Assembly (NCBI GenBank): GCA_964344435.1
Contig: CAYFNH010000002.1
Coordinates: 851-64,850 of the forward strand
Source: an uncultured Piscirickettsiaceae bacterium
GTDB taxonomy: Bacteria > Pseudomonadota > Gammaproteobacteria > GCF-002020875
Direction: 5' to 3'
Length of the DNA: 64,000 bases
The notes beneath the pieces were generated by a model. That model did not search any database. It was not told the origin of the DNA and saw only the letters and a program-made list of their open reading frames with translations. Below, piece after piece: positions 9,945-18,938 of this stretch. Each line of letters starts with the position of its first letter. Within the stretch, counting starts at the first letter, position 1. Made by a program: the position numbers and the translations under genes.

Positions 9945-10912
9945 ACAAACGCATTCAGCTCGATAGCAACGGCCGCCTGCGCCACTTCCTCTCAATCGAG
10001 GGGCTGAACCGGGGCCTGTTGACGGAGATCCTCGATACCGCCGAGAACTTTATCAGTGTGGGCAACCAGCAGGCAAAGAAGGTGCCCCTGTTGCGAGGCA
10101 AAACCATCGCCAACCTCTTTTTCGAGCCCAGCACCCGTACCCGCACCACCTTTGACCTGGCGGAGAAGCGGCTCTCTGCCGACGTCATCAACATCAATAT
10201 CAACACCTCGGCAACCACCAAGGGAGAGACCCTGCTCGATACGCTGCAAAACCTGATCGCGATGCAGATTGACCTGTTCGTGGTGCGCCACAGCGCCAGT
10301 GGTGCCGCCCACTTCATCGCCCAGCATGTTCCCTCCTCCGTCAGTGTCATCAATGCCGGAGATGGCCGCCACGCCCACCCCACCCAGGCGATGCTGGACA
10401 TGTTCACCATCCGCAAGCATAAAGAGGACTTTACCCGGCTGCGGGTTGCCATCATCGGAGACGTGATGCACTCCCGTGTTGCCCGATCACAAATCCACGC
10501 ACTCAACATGCTCGGCTGTCCCGAGGTTCGGGTGATCGGCCCCAACACCCTGAGTCCGGCCCATGTAGAGGACCTGGGAGTGCATTTCACCAGTAACATG
10601 GAGGCGGGTTTGGAGGGGGTTGATGTGGTCATCATGCTGCGGCTGCAGAACGAGCGTATGCGCGGTGCCCTGCTCCCCAGCAAGGATGAGTATTTTCACT
10701 ATTATGGCCTCACCTGGCAGCGCATGAAGCGAGCCGCGGAAGATGCCATCATCATGCACCCTGGGCCGATGAACCGAGGGGTGGAGATCGAGAGCAGTGT
10801 GGCCGAAAGTGGTCACTCGGTAATTTTACAGCAGGTCACCAACGGCATTGCGGTACGCATGGCGGTGCTCTCGATGGCGATGCAGCACAGTGGCGCGGGA
10901 GAAAACCGATGA
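9941..10912 (+). CDS. pyrB: aspartate carbamoyltransferase catalytic subunit
   Basis: 323 aa; [19 protein letters not shown] and HPTQAMLD motifs. 4-nt overlap with pyrR. Confidence 0.95.
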   Translation: MNKRIQLDSNGRLRHFLSIEGLNRGLLTEILDTAENFISVGNQQAKKVPLLRGKTIANLFFEPSTRTRTTFDLAEKRLSADVINININTSATTKGETLLDTLQNLIAMQIDLFVVRHSASGAAHFIAQHVPSSVSVINAGDGRHAHPTQAMLDMFTIRKHKEDFTRLRVAIIGDVMHSRVARSQIHALNMLGCPEVRVIGPNTLSPAHVEDLGVHFTSNMEAGLEGVDVVIMLRLQNERMRGALLPSKDEYFHYYGLTWQRMKRAAEDAIIMHPGPMNRGVEIESSVAESGHSVILQQVTNGIAVRMAVLSMAMQHSGAGENR

Positions 10913-12177
10913 AGATTCTGATTCGCAATGGCCGCATCATCGACCCCGCCAACGAGATGGATCAGATCGGTGATCTGCGAATTGCCGATGGTTTCATCCA
11001 ACCCAACGATATCCCCTTCGAGGCCGACCAGGAGATCGATGCCAGTGGCAAGGTGGTCTGCCCCGGGCTGGTCGACTTGCGCGCACGGCTGCGCGAACCC
11101 GGCGAGAAACACAAGGGAACCATCCGCAGCGAGACCCGTGCGGCGGCTGCCGGAGGGGTAACTACCCTCGCAGTTCCCCCCGACACCCAACCCGCCATCG
11201 ACAGTCCCGCCGTGGTTGAACTGATCCGTCACAAGGCGGAGGTGGCCGGATATGCCGAGGTCATACCGATCGGTGCCCTGACCCGGGCGCTGGAGGGTGA
11301 AGTACTGAGCAACATGGGCGCACTCAAGCGCAGCGGCTGCCGGGTAGTCTCCAATGCACAACACCCGATCACCAACTCACTGGTGATGCGGCGGGCGATG
11401 GAGTATGCCGCTACCCATGACCTGACCCTCTTCCTCCACCCGGAAGACCCCTGGCTCAGCAACAACGGCTGTGCCCACGAGGGGCGTATCAGCACCCGAC
11501 TGGGGCTGCCCGGAATCCCCGATGCGGCTGAGAGTGCCGGAGTTGCCCGCGATCTGGTACTGATTCAACAGACCGGTGTACGTGCCCACTTTTGTGGCCT
11601 CAGCAGCCGCAGCGCACTGCAGATGGTTGCCCGCGCCCAGGCAGATGGTCTGGAGGTGAGTGCAGATGTGGCCGCCCACCACCTGTTCCTGACCGAGATG
11701 GATATTGGCAACTTCAACAGTCTCTGCCACCTGCGCCCTCCGCTGCGCACCGAGCGCGACCGCGACGGACTGATCGAGGGGCTCAGGCAAGGTGCACTGC
11801 AGGCCATCTGCTCCGACCACCAACCCCATGACGAAGATGCCAAGGCCGCCCCGTTCGAGGAGACCGAACCGGGTATCAGCAGCATCGAAACCCTGTTGCC
11901 ACTCACCCTGCGGCTTGCCCGCGAGCAGCAGATCCCGCTCTCGCAGGCGCTATCCTGGATCACCCATCAGCCAGCCTCGATTCTGCGCATCGACGCCGGC
12001 ACCCTGAGCCCGGGCGCACTGGCCAACGTCACCCTGTTCGATCCGGAAGCGTGGTGGAGCGTCACCCCGGAGAGCCTCTGCAGTGCCGGCAAAAACAGTG
12101 CACTGCTTGGCTGGGAACTACAGGGTAAAGTAACCCATACCCTACTCAATGGACAGATCATTTATGAAGCACCCTGA
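10909..12177 (+). CDS. pyrC': dihydroorotase-like protein, probably the non-catalytic PyrC' type
   Basis: 422 aa, amidohydrolase fold. The canonical DHOase metal-binding HxH in PGF(I/V)DxHVHLREPG reads here as [14 protein letters not shown] (His->Leu/Arg), so at least part of the metal-ligand set is missing. Translationally coupled to pyrB, as in the Pseudomonas pyrRBC' arrangement. Confidence 0.8.
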   Translation: MKILIRNGRIIDPANEMDQIGDLRIADGFIQPNDIPFEADQEIDASGKVVCPGLVDLRARLREPGEKHKGTIRSETRAAAAGGVTTLAVPPDTQPAIDSPAVVELIRHKAEVAGYAEVIPIGALTRALEGEVLSNMGALKRSGCRVVSNAQHPITNSLVMRRAMEYAATHDLTLFLHPEDPWLSNNGCAHEGRISTRLGLPGIPDAAESAGVARDLVLIQQTGVRAHFCGLSSRSALQMVARAQADGLEVSADVAAHHLFLTEMDIGNFNSLCHLRPPLRTERDRDGLIEGLRQGALQAICSDHQPHDEDAKAAPFEETEPGISSIETLLPLTLRLAREQQIPLSQALSWITHQPASILRIDAGTLSPGALANVTLFDPEAWWSVTPESLCSAGKNSALLGWELQGKVTHTLLNGQIIYEAP

Positions 12178-13036
12178 CCGCAACACACTCTTCAAGGAGG
12201 AGACCACCATTGTGCAGCATCTCCATCTGCAGGGAGATCAGCACATACTCCAGCTCAAGGCGCCGGAGATCGCCAGCCGCGCCCTGCCTGGCAGCTTTGT
12301 CCATGTGGAGTGCGGGCCGCAATTCACCCTGCGCCGCCCCATTTCCATCATGCGCACCGATCCGCAACAGCAGATCATCGAGCTGCTCTACAAAAAACTG
12401 GGCAGCGGCACTACCGTACTTAGTGAGAAGGTGGTCGGTGAGACACTCAGCCTGATTGGCCCCATCGGAAAACCGTTTACACTACATTCAGAGCACAGCC
12501 GTCCGCTGCTGATTGGTGGTGGCGTCGGAATGCCACCGATGGTCTTTATCGCCCAGTCGATCAAAGACAACCCTCACTTCCACCCCTTTGCCATTCTCGG
12601 CTCCGAAGTCCCCTTCCCTTTCCAGCCCACCCCTTCACAGATGATGCTACCGGGGATGCCCGATGGGGTAATTGCCGCAATGCCTCTACTGGAGGATTGG
12701 GGAATCCCCAGCCGTCTGGCCAGTCTGCAGGGATATGCCGGAACCCATGAGGGGTATGTAACCGACCTCGCACGCCACTGGCTCGATGCGCTGGATCAGG
12801 AGACACGAAACCAGGTCGAGATCTTCAGTTGTGGCCCCCACCCGATGCTGGAGGCGGTCGCCAAACTGGCAAAAGAGTACCAACTCCCATGTCAAGTCTC
12901 TCTGGAAGAGTTCATGGCCTGTGGGGTCGGCGGATGTGCCGGCTGCGTGGTAGAGGTCACCACCGAGACCGGCCCGGCAATGAAGCGGGTCTGTGTCGAT
13001 GGCCCGGTATTTGATGCCATACAGGTATTTGCTTAA
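12149..13036 (+). CDS. PyrK-like FAD/NAD(P)-binding oxidoreductase with C-terminal 2Fe-2S motif
   Basis: 295 aa. Ferredoxin-reductase-like FAD (RPISIM...) and NAD (LLIGGGVGMPPM) regions; C-terminal CGVGGCAGC cluster motif typical of dihydroorotate dehydrogenase electron-transfer subunits. Start may be the internal Met at 12164. Confidence 0.7.
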   Translation: MDRSFMKHPDRNTLFKEETTIVQHLHLQGDQHILQLKAPEIASRALPGSFVHVECGPQFTLRRPISIMRTDPQQQIIELLYKKLGSGTTVLSEKVVGETLSLIGPIGKPFTLHSEHSRPLLIGGGVGMPPMVFIAQSIKDNPHFHPFAILGSEVPFPFQPTPSQMMLPGMPDGVIAAMPLLEDWGIPSRLASLQGYAGTHEGYVTDLARHWLDALDQETRNQVEIFSCGPHPMLEAVAKLAKEYQLPCQVSLEEFMACGVGGCAGCVVEVTTETGPAMKRVCVDGPVFDAIQVFA

Positions 13037-13050
13037 ACTACCCATATGAG

Positions 13051-13782
13051 TTGCGGAATCATCAAGTAAACCAGCGAATGCCCAACACCTCATCACTCAA
13101 CATCACCATCATAGAAGACGATGAGCCCCTGCGTAGGCTGATCGTCAACGCGCTACGGGCTCAGGGGCATCATGTGATTGGGTTGGAGGATGCGGAATCG
13201 ATCGATGATGAAGGCGGGTCTCAACTGATCGATCTGCTGATTACAGACCTCAACCTGCCGGGAGAGAGCGGGCTTTCGCTCGCACAACGTTTCCGCAATG
13301 CACAACCTGGCGCCGGTGTCATCATGATAACCGCGCTCGATCAAGTGGCCGACAAAGTCAGCGGCTATGAGCATGGTGCCGACATCTATCTGACCAAACC
13401 CATTGACCCTGCCGAACTACTTGCCGTGGTGAATACATTTGCCCGTCGCCACTATGACCTTCACGCCAACGATAACCAGGGAAGCCAATTCACCCTCTAC
13501 CCCGACCAGCTCAACCTGACAGGTCCAGCCGCTACCGTCTCCGTTACCCGGGACGAGGCACTGATTCTGACCAGTCTGGCGCGTGCACCCGGTCATATGC
13601 TGGAGTACTGGCAGCTACTGGAGCTGCTGACAATGGAAGATACCTCGCATTCCAAATCCGCCCTGGAGGTTCGCATTGTCCGTCTGCGTAAAAAGATCAC
13701 CGAAGCGGGTTATCCATTGCCCCCGATCAAGAGCATTCGCAGCAAAGGATACCAACTCGCACTCTCACTACGGATCGGATAG
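13051..13782 (+). CDS. OmpR-family response regulator (REC + winged-helix), paralog 1
   Basis: ITIIEDDEP...LLITDLNLPGESG...YLTKP receiver domain; C-terminal ALEVRIVRLRKKI...KGYQL winged helix. Likely start is the internal Met (MPNTSS, 13078). Confidence 0.85.
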   Translation: MRNHQVNQRMPNTSSLNITIIEDDEPLRRLIVNALRAQGHHVIGLEDAESIDDEGGSQLIDLLITDLNLPGESGLSLAQRFRNAQPGAGVIMITALDQVADKVSGYEHGADIYLTKPIDPAELLAVVNTFARRHYDLHANDNQGSQFTLYPDQLNLTGPAATVSVTRDEALILTSLARAPGHMLEYWQLLELLTMEDTSHSKSALEVRIVRLRKKITEAGYPLPPIKSIRSKGYQLALSLRIG

Positions 13783-13990
13783 TTCACTGCAGTAATGGCG
13801 GCAGAACAGTGCTGCTTTCTGTAGGTTATCGTAGGAGTCAGAAGGGGTAGGTAGGATTCGTCCCATCCATTGCCGTATGATCTTCATTATTGAAACCTCA
13901 AAGCAAACTATAAAGTACTGCATAAGTCCATTCATACCACAATTCCAGGTGCGCTCAGGCACATCCTTTATCGCTTGACCGCAGCCATCC

Positions 13991-14770
13991 ATGGCTGCAG
14001 ACAACCTGGAATCGCGGTATGAACGAACTTTCGAGAAGATTGATAACCACCCAACATTCGAGCACCTTATGGACTACTCACCACTCAACATTACCGTAGT
14101 TGAAGACATCGAACCACAGCGATCTCTGGTCATCTCGCTGCTACGCCAGGAAGGACACCGTGTAAATGGGTTTGACAGTGCCGAAGCGGCAGAGAGTCAG
14201 AGCGGGTCAACGCCAATCGATTTATTGATTACCGACCTCAAACTTCCCGGGGAGAGCGGTCTCTCACTGGCAAGCAGTTTTCGCTCAGCTCATCCCGATA
14301 TCGGTATTATCATGCTGACAGCACTGGATGCCCCCGACGACAAGGTCTCCGGCTATAGCCACGGCGCGGATGTCTATCTCACAAAACCGATCGACGCCAA
14401 GGAGTTGATTGCTGTTGTTGGTGCAATCTCACGTCGTCTCCAGACAGCTACGACAGTGCCCGGCCCCAACGACCCGCTCATTCTCAACCCACAATTGCTG
14501 ACCCTACAGGGAAGCAAAGAGACCATTACCATCTCACAAAACGATGCACATATTTTGTCCAGCCTTATACACGCACCCGAGCATTTGCTGAAAATGGAGG
14601 AGATCTATGAGCTACTTCAGATCGTACCCAGCGCCTTGGCAAAGTCGGCTCTGGAGGTACGCATTGTTCGCCTACGTAAAAAAATCCGTGCCGCTGGATA
14701 CCCGCTGCAAAGTATAAAAAAAATTCGATACACTGGGTATAAACTGTACACCCCGATAACAATTATCTGA
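13991..14770 (+). CDS. OmpR-family response regulator, paralog 2 (tandem duplicate)
   Basis: Same architecture and roughly 50% identity to the upstream regulator (ITVVEDIEP...LLITDLKLPGESG...ALEVRIVRLRKKI). Start possibly the internal Met (MDYSPL, ~14069). No cognate kinase is adjacent. Confidence 0.85.
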   Translation: MAADNLESRYERTFEKIDNHPTFEHLMDYSPLNITVVEDIEPQRSLVISLLRQEGHRVNGFDSAEAAESQSGSTPIDLLITDLKLPGESGLSLASSFRSAHPDIGIIMLTALDAPDDKVSGYSHGADVYLTKPIDAKELIAVVGAISRRLQTATTVPGPNDPLILNPQLLTLQGSKETITISQNDAHILSSLIHAPEHLLKMEEIYELLQIVPSALAKSALEVRIVRLRKKIRAAGYPLQSIKKIRYTGYKLYTPITII

Positions 14771-14959
14771 ATAATATAACTCGAAGATGTAGGCTTTGTA
14801 GGAATATAGAGACGATTTACCTACAGTAAAACAACAATAAATGGCGGCATTCAACAACACAGAAAAACAATAATGAGAAACATTATCAACAGCATGAAAA
14901 CATTGGCCTTTCCAGTTTGACAACTGAGAAAAATCATTTAGCATAGGGCAACTGGGGTT

Positions 14960-14992
14960 CTTTTTCTTTTTCTTTTTCTTTTTCTTTTTCTT
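14960..14992. repeat. (CTTTTT)5 hexanucleotide microsatellite ~85 bp upstream of the Mms6-like gene
   Basis: Direct read: CTTTTTCTTTTTCTTTTTCTTTTTCTTTTTCTTC. It also creates a spurious poly-Lys ORF on the minus strand. Confidence 0.9.
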
Positions 14993-15076
14993 CAAAAGAG
15001 AGAAACAGGCCCACTGGAAAAAGTAAAACATGGAAAGTTGATAAATCAACAAAACTATTAAAAGAGGATAGAAATC

Positions 15077-16036
15077 ATGCAACAAGCATTGGCAGGGCAG
15101 GCAGCAACCGCAAATACAGGAGCTGCCAAAATTGGGGCAACCAAGGCGGCTACCGCAAAAGCTGCAGCAGTCAAGGGAGCTGCAGTAAAGGGGGCCACAT
15201 TGGGTACTGGGGTGGATCTGGCAACCTCTGCAACTGTCGGCAAGGATGTTGTTATCGGTAACGGTGCTGAAGTGATGGCCAAGGCCAAGATCAGCAGCGG
15301 TGCGGTAATCGGCTCTGACGCCACCATCCAGCAGGGAGCCGTCATTGGCAAAGGGGCTGTGATTGGACAGGATGCCACCATTACCAAGGGAGCCGTTGTC
15401 AAAAGTGGTGCCGTTATCAAGGATGGCGCTACCATCAAGGCTGCACCCGCAGCAAAAGTGGGGACTGCAAAGGTTGCTCCAATGGCAAAAACCGGAACGG
15501 CCGCTGCCAAGGCTGGCGCCACCGCAAAGGCTGCACCTGCTGCTGCCGCCGCTGCCGCTCCCCGTGGGGTAGAGATTGAAGGGCTGCGCAATGGTGCCAT
15601 GGCTGCAAAAACCGGGACTGCTAAAGCGGGCGCTGCCAAGACCGCTCCAGCTGCAATGGGTATGGGTACTCTCCCACCAGGTGTTGAAGTCGAAGGGCTA
15701 CGCAATGGCGCCATGGCTGCGAAGGCAGGAGCCGCCAAAACGGCGACAGGTAGTGCCAAGGCCGTTCAGGCCGCTGCGGTGACCTCTACGGCACCAGCCG
15801 CCAGCACCTCTTCCACCGCTGCCGCAACCGGTAAGACCGCTGCTGCCACCATCTGGAATGGCAAGGGCTGGAGCCTCGGTTTAGGGCTGGGCCTGGGTGC
15901 CTGGGGCACCGCTGCCGTAGGCCTGTTGGGTGCATCGGCCGCCTACGGTTACTACCGTCACCGCAAGAGCCTGCAAGAGGAAGCAGCGACCAGCGATAAA
16001 AATGTCGTGACTGAAGCTGCAAGCGACAAAGAGTAA
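15077..16036 (+). CDS. Mms6/MamG/MamD-like LG-repeat membrane protein (magnetosome biomineralisation-protein-like)
   Basis: 319 aa; AGAGGA RBS 8 nt upstream of the ATG. N-terminal Ala/Lys/Thr/Gly-rich low-complexity region (AKAGAAKTAPAA repeats) plus hexapeptide-like repeats (GAVIGxDATIxx). C-terminus reads TIWNGKGWSLGLGLGLGAWG + TM helix + AYGYYRHRK + acidic tail (SLQEEAATSDKNVVTEAASDKE). This follows the Mms6 C-terminal organisation (TIWTGKG-(LG)n-AWGP-TM-YAYMKSRD-acidic tail) as I remember it. Confidence 0.6.
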   Translation: MQQALAGQAATANTGAAKIGATKAATAKAAAVKGAAVKGATLGTGVDLATSATVGKDVVIGNGAEVMAKAKISSGAVIGSDATIQQGAVIGKGAVIGQDATITKGAVVKSGAVIKDGATIKAAPAAKVGTAKVAPMAKTGTAAAKAGATAKAAPAAAAAAAPRGVEIEGLRNGAMAAKTGTAKAGAAKTAPAAMGMGTLPPGVEVEGLRNGAMAAKAGAAKTATGSAKAVQAAAVTSTAPAASTSSTAAATGKTAAATIWNGKGWSLGLGLGLGAWGTAAVGLLGASAAYGYYRHRKSLQEEAATSDKNVVTEAASDKE

Positions 16037-16039
16037 ACA

Positions 16040-16366
16040 ATGGCCGCAGAAGTGATTGTGATGGACAGCCACTGGGGGCCACGCCTTCGTGCTGCCCTGA
16101 GTTACCTTGGCCCAGCGGTCTTTGTGCCACTATTCCTCTATCGCAATGACAAGTTTGTCTACTTCCATGCCCGTCAGGGGCTGGTACTCTGGGTAATCTC
16201 TGTACTCGCCATTGCCTCTCTGTTTCTGCCAGGATCAGGCAAGTTTCTGTTTGTGGTGTTGATGGGTATCTACCTGGCAGCCTCGGCAGTGGGGGTTCTC
16301 TCCTCCCTGTTAGGGGCCACCTGGGAGATTCCGGCTATCGGCAAACTTGCTCGCCGCTATTTTTAA
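16040..16366 (+). CDS. DUF4870-family 3-TM protein (MamF/MmsF-like)
   Basis: 108 aa. ALSYLGPAVFVPLFLYRNDKFVYFHARQGLVLW...GATWEIPAIGKLARRYF matches the DUF4870 signature (D/E-KF-V-R/Y-FHA-x-Q; C-terminal G-E-x-F-K-L-P-I-I-G) shared by magnetosome MamF/MmsF. It starts 4 nt after the Mms6-like gene, mirroring mms6-mmsF order. Confidence 0.6.
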   Translation: MAAEVIVMDSHWGPRLRAALSYLGPAVFVPLFLYRNDKFVYFHARQGLVLWVISVLAIASLFLPGSGKFLFVVLMGIYLAASAVGVLSSLLGATWEIPAIGKLARRYF

Positions 16367-16401
16367 TCTGGATTGCAGGCCAAAGTGTACCCGCACCATG
16401 G

Positions 16402-18213
16402 CTACCTTGAGTGCTGCTCCAGGTAGCTATTGATCTCCCGTAAAAAAGGCTCGCTGTACTTTTCCAGCTTCTTCTCCCCCACCCCGTTAATCTCCAGAAA
16501 ATCGGCACGCGTGGTTGGTTGGTGGATCGCCATCTGAGTCAGGGCCGCATCTCCAAACACCATAAATGGTGCAATCCCCTCCTCCTCGGCCAGCTCGCGA
16601 CGCAACCCCCGCAGCAGCTCAAACAGCAATTCGTCCCGCCCTTCGACTGCTACCGTCTCACTACGTTTACGCTGCCGCTTTCCGCTCTCTTTCAGACGTG
16701 GCTTCGCCAACTCCAGCGACCGCTCCCCTTTCAATAACGGACGTGCCAGGGCCGTCAACTGCAGTACCGAATAGTTGGCAATATCCTGCGTCAGATAACC
16801 ACGATGGATCAGCTGCCGCAGCAGGCTGGACCATTCTGCATCACTGCGCTCCTTGCCGATACCGTAGGTACTGAGCTGGTTATGGCGGAGGTTACGGATA
16901 CGCTCGTTGTCCATCCCCCGCAATACATCAATCACGTGACGCATACCAAAACGCTGCCCCACCCGATAGACACAAGAGAGCGCCTTCTGCGCATCCTCGG
17001 TCGCATCATAGCACTCGGGTGGATCGGAACAGAGGTCACAGTTGCCACAGTCTTCGGACAGCTCTTCACCAAAATAGTGCAGCAGCACCCGCCTGCGGCA
17101 GGTAAGCGCCTCGGCAAAGGCAACCATGCTGTTGAGTTTGTGGATCTCGATCCGTTTCTGTGCCTCATTATCACTGTTCTCCACCAGACGCCGTGCCATC
17201 ACCACATCCTGTGCGCCAAATAGCAGCAGCGCCTCGGCCGGTAGACCATCACGCCCGGCACGCCCAGTCTCCTGATAATACCCCTCGATATTCTTCGGCA
17301 GATCGTAGTGAACCACAAAGCGTACATCAGGCTTGTCGATGCCCATACCAAAGGCGACCGTAGCCACCACCACATCGACCTCGTCGCGCATGAACTGTTC
17401 ATGAACCTGCTCGCGCACTACGGCAGGCAGACCGGCATGGTAGGCAGCCGCGTTATAGCCGGCCAGACGCAACTTCTCCGCCAACTCCTCCACCCGCTTG
17501 CGACTGAGTGCGTATACAATGCCGCGCTCTCCGCTGAAACGGCCAAGAAAATGTTTGAGCTGATCAAACGGCTTGCGCTTCTCCAGCGCCCCGTAACGGA
17601 TATTGGGGCGATCAAAACCGGTAACATGGATACTGGGCTGGCGTAACTGCAGCCGCTGGACAATATCCCTGCGGGTCTGTGGATCGGCTGTGGCGGTCAG
17701 TGCCACCATCGGTGTATCGCTGAAACGCTCACGCAGAGCGCCCAGTTGTACATACTCGGGACGGAAATCGTGCCCCCACTGCGAAACACAGTGCGCCTCA
17801 TCCACTGCAAACAGTCCGATTTCGACCTCTTCCAGCCGTTGTAAAAAGCTCTCGGACATCAACCGTTCCGGAGCCACATAGAGCAGATCGAGGTTACCGG
17901 AATGGAGTCGGGCCAGGGTTTGTTGAGCCTCTTGCGCCTGCACCGAAGAGTTGTAACAGGCGGCATCGACCCCGTTGGCCTGCAACGCATCCACCTGATC
18001 CTTCATCAAGGAGATCAGCGGCGAAACCACGATGGTGGTTCCACCACGTAGCAACGCAGGCAACTGATAGCAGAGTGACTTACCGCCACCGGTCGGCATC
18101 AGCACAAAGGTGTCACGACCCGCCACCACATCCTCGATGATCTCCTGCTGGTGGGGACGAAAACTGCTGTAACCGAAGACACTCTGCAGTGTCTCCTGGG
18201 GGGAAGAGTACAT
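16402..18213 (-). CDS. recQ: ATP-dependent DNA helicase RecQ
   Basis: DEAH box (FAVDEAHCVSQWGHDFRPEY), RecQ Zn-finger cysteines, HRDC region. Start chosen at MYSSPQETLQSVFGYSSFRP, inside track ORF 16402..18318. Confidence 0.9.
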   Translation of the reverse strand: MYSSPQETLQSVFGYSSFRPHQQEIIEDVVAGRDTFVLMPTGGGKSLCYQLPALLRGGTTIVVSPLISLMKDQVDALQANGVDAACYNSSVQAQEAQQTLARLHSGNLDLLYVAPERLMSESFLQRLEEVEIGLFAVDEAHCVSQWGHDFRPEYVQLGALRERFSDTPMVALTATADPQTRRDIVQRLQLRQPSIHVTGFDRPNIRYGALEKRKPFDQLKHFLGRFSGERGIVYALSRKRVEELAEKLRLAGYNAAAYHAGLPAVVREQVHEQFMRDEVDVVVATVAFGMGIDKPDVRFVVHYDLPKNIEGYYQETGRAGRDGLPAEALLLFGAQDVVMARRLVENSDNEAQKRIEIHKLNSMVAFAEALTCRRRVLLHYFGEELSEDCGNCDLCSDPPECYDATEDAQKALSCVYRVGQRFGMRHVIDVLRGMDNERIRNLRHNQLSTYGIGKERSDAEWSSLLRQLIHRGYLTQDIANYSVLQLTALARPLLKGERSLELAKPRLKESGKRQRKRSETVAVEGRDELLFELLRGLRRELAEEEGIAPFMVFGDAALTQMAIHQPTTRADFLEINGVGEKKLEKYSEPFLREINSYLEQHSR

Positions 18214-18257
18214 AGGATAGTCTGGGATGGTCTGGATGATGGAAGTATACTCTGCCC

Positions 18258-18938
18258 ATGGAGATCGCAACACACCTGCAACAGATCCGTTCACGGATTG
18301 AGTCAGCCGCTGCAGCACACGGTAGAGACCCGGCTACCATTCAGCTGCTGGCGGTCAGCAAGACCAAACCTGCAGAGATGGTTGAGGCCGCCCATGCTGC
18401 CGGGCAGCGCCACTTCGGTGAGAGCTACCTGCAGGAGGCACTGGAAAAGGTGGACACTCTCCAGTTGGAAGGGGTGGTCTGGCACTTTATCGGTGCCATT
18501 CAATCCAACAAGACCCGTACCATCGCCCAGCACTTCGACTGGGTTCATGGGGTCGACCGGCTCAAGATTGCACAACGACTCGGCAACCAACGCCCGGTCA
18601 AACAAGGGCCGCTCAACCTCTGCATCCAGGTCAACAGCAGCGGGGAGACAAGCAAGGCGGGGGTGAGCTTCGAGGCACTGCCGGAGCTGGCCAGACAGAT
18701 TAGCGCCATCTCCAATATTCGTCTGCGCGGATTGATGACACTACCGGCACCTGCCTCCGATTTTGAACAGCAACGCCGCCCGTTCCGTAAATTGAGAGAG
18801 GCACTGGATCAGCTCAACCAACAAGGACTGGCACTGGACACCCTCTCCATGGGGATGTCGAGTGACATGGAGGCAGCCATTGCCGAAGGGGCCACCATGG
18901 TCCGTATTGGTACCGCACTCTTTGGTGCACGACCGTGA
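18258..18938 (+). CDS. yggS: YggS-family pyridoxal-phosphate homeostasis protein
   Basis: 226 aa; LLAVSKTKP...HFIGAIQSNKT motifs. Confidence 0.88.
   Translation: MEIATHLQQIRSRIESAAAAHGRDPATIQLLAVSKTKPAEMVEAAHAAGQRHFGESYLQEALEKVDTLQLEGVVWHFIGAIQSNKTRTIAQHFDWVHGVDRLKIAQRLGNQRPVKQGPLNLCIQVNSSGETSKAGVSFEALPELARQISAISNIRLRGLMTLPAPASDFEQQRRPFRKLREALDQLNQQGLALDTLSMGMSSDMEAAIAEGATMVRIGTALFGARP

Noticed and set aside
14672-15085. 137-aa minus-strand ORF containing KKKKKKKKKKKN
   Set aside because: The poly-Lys is the translation of the (CTTTTT)n microsatellite. The ORF spans AT-rich intergenic DNA and has no homology signal.
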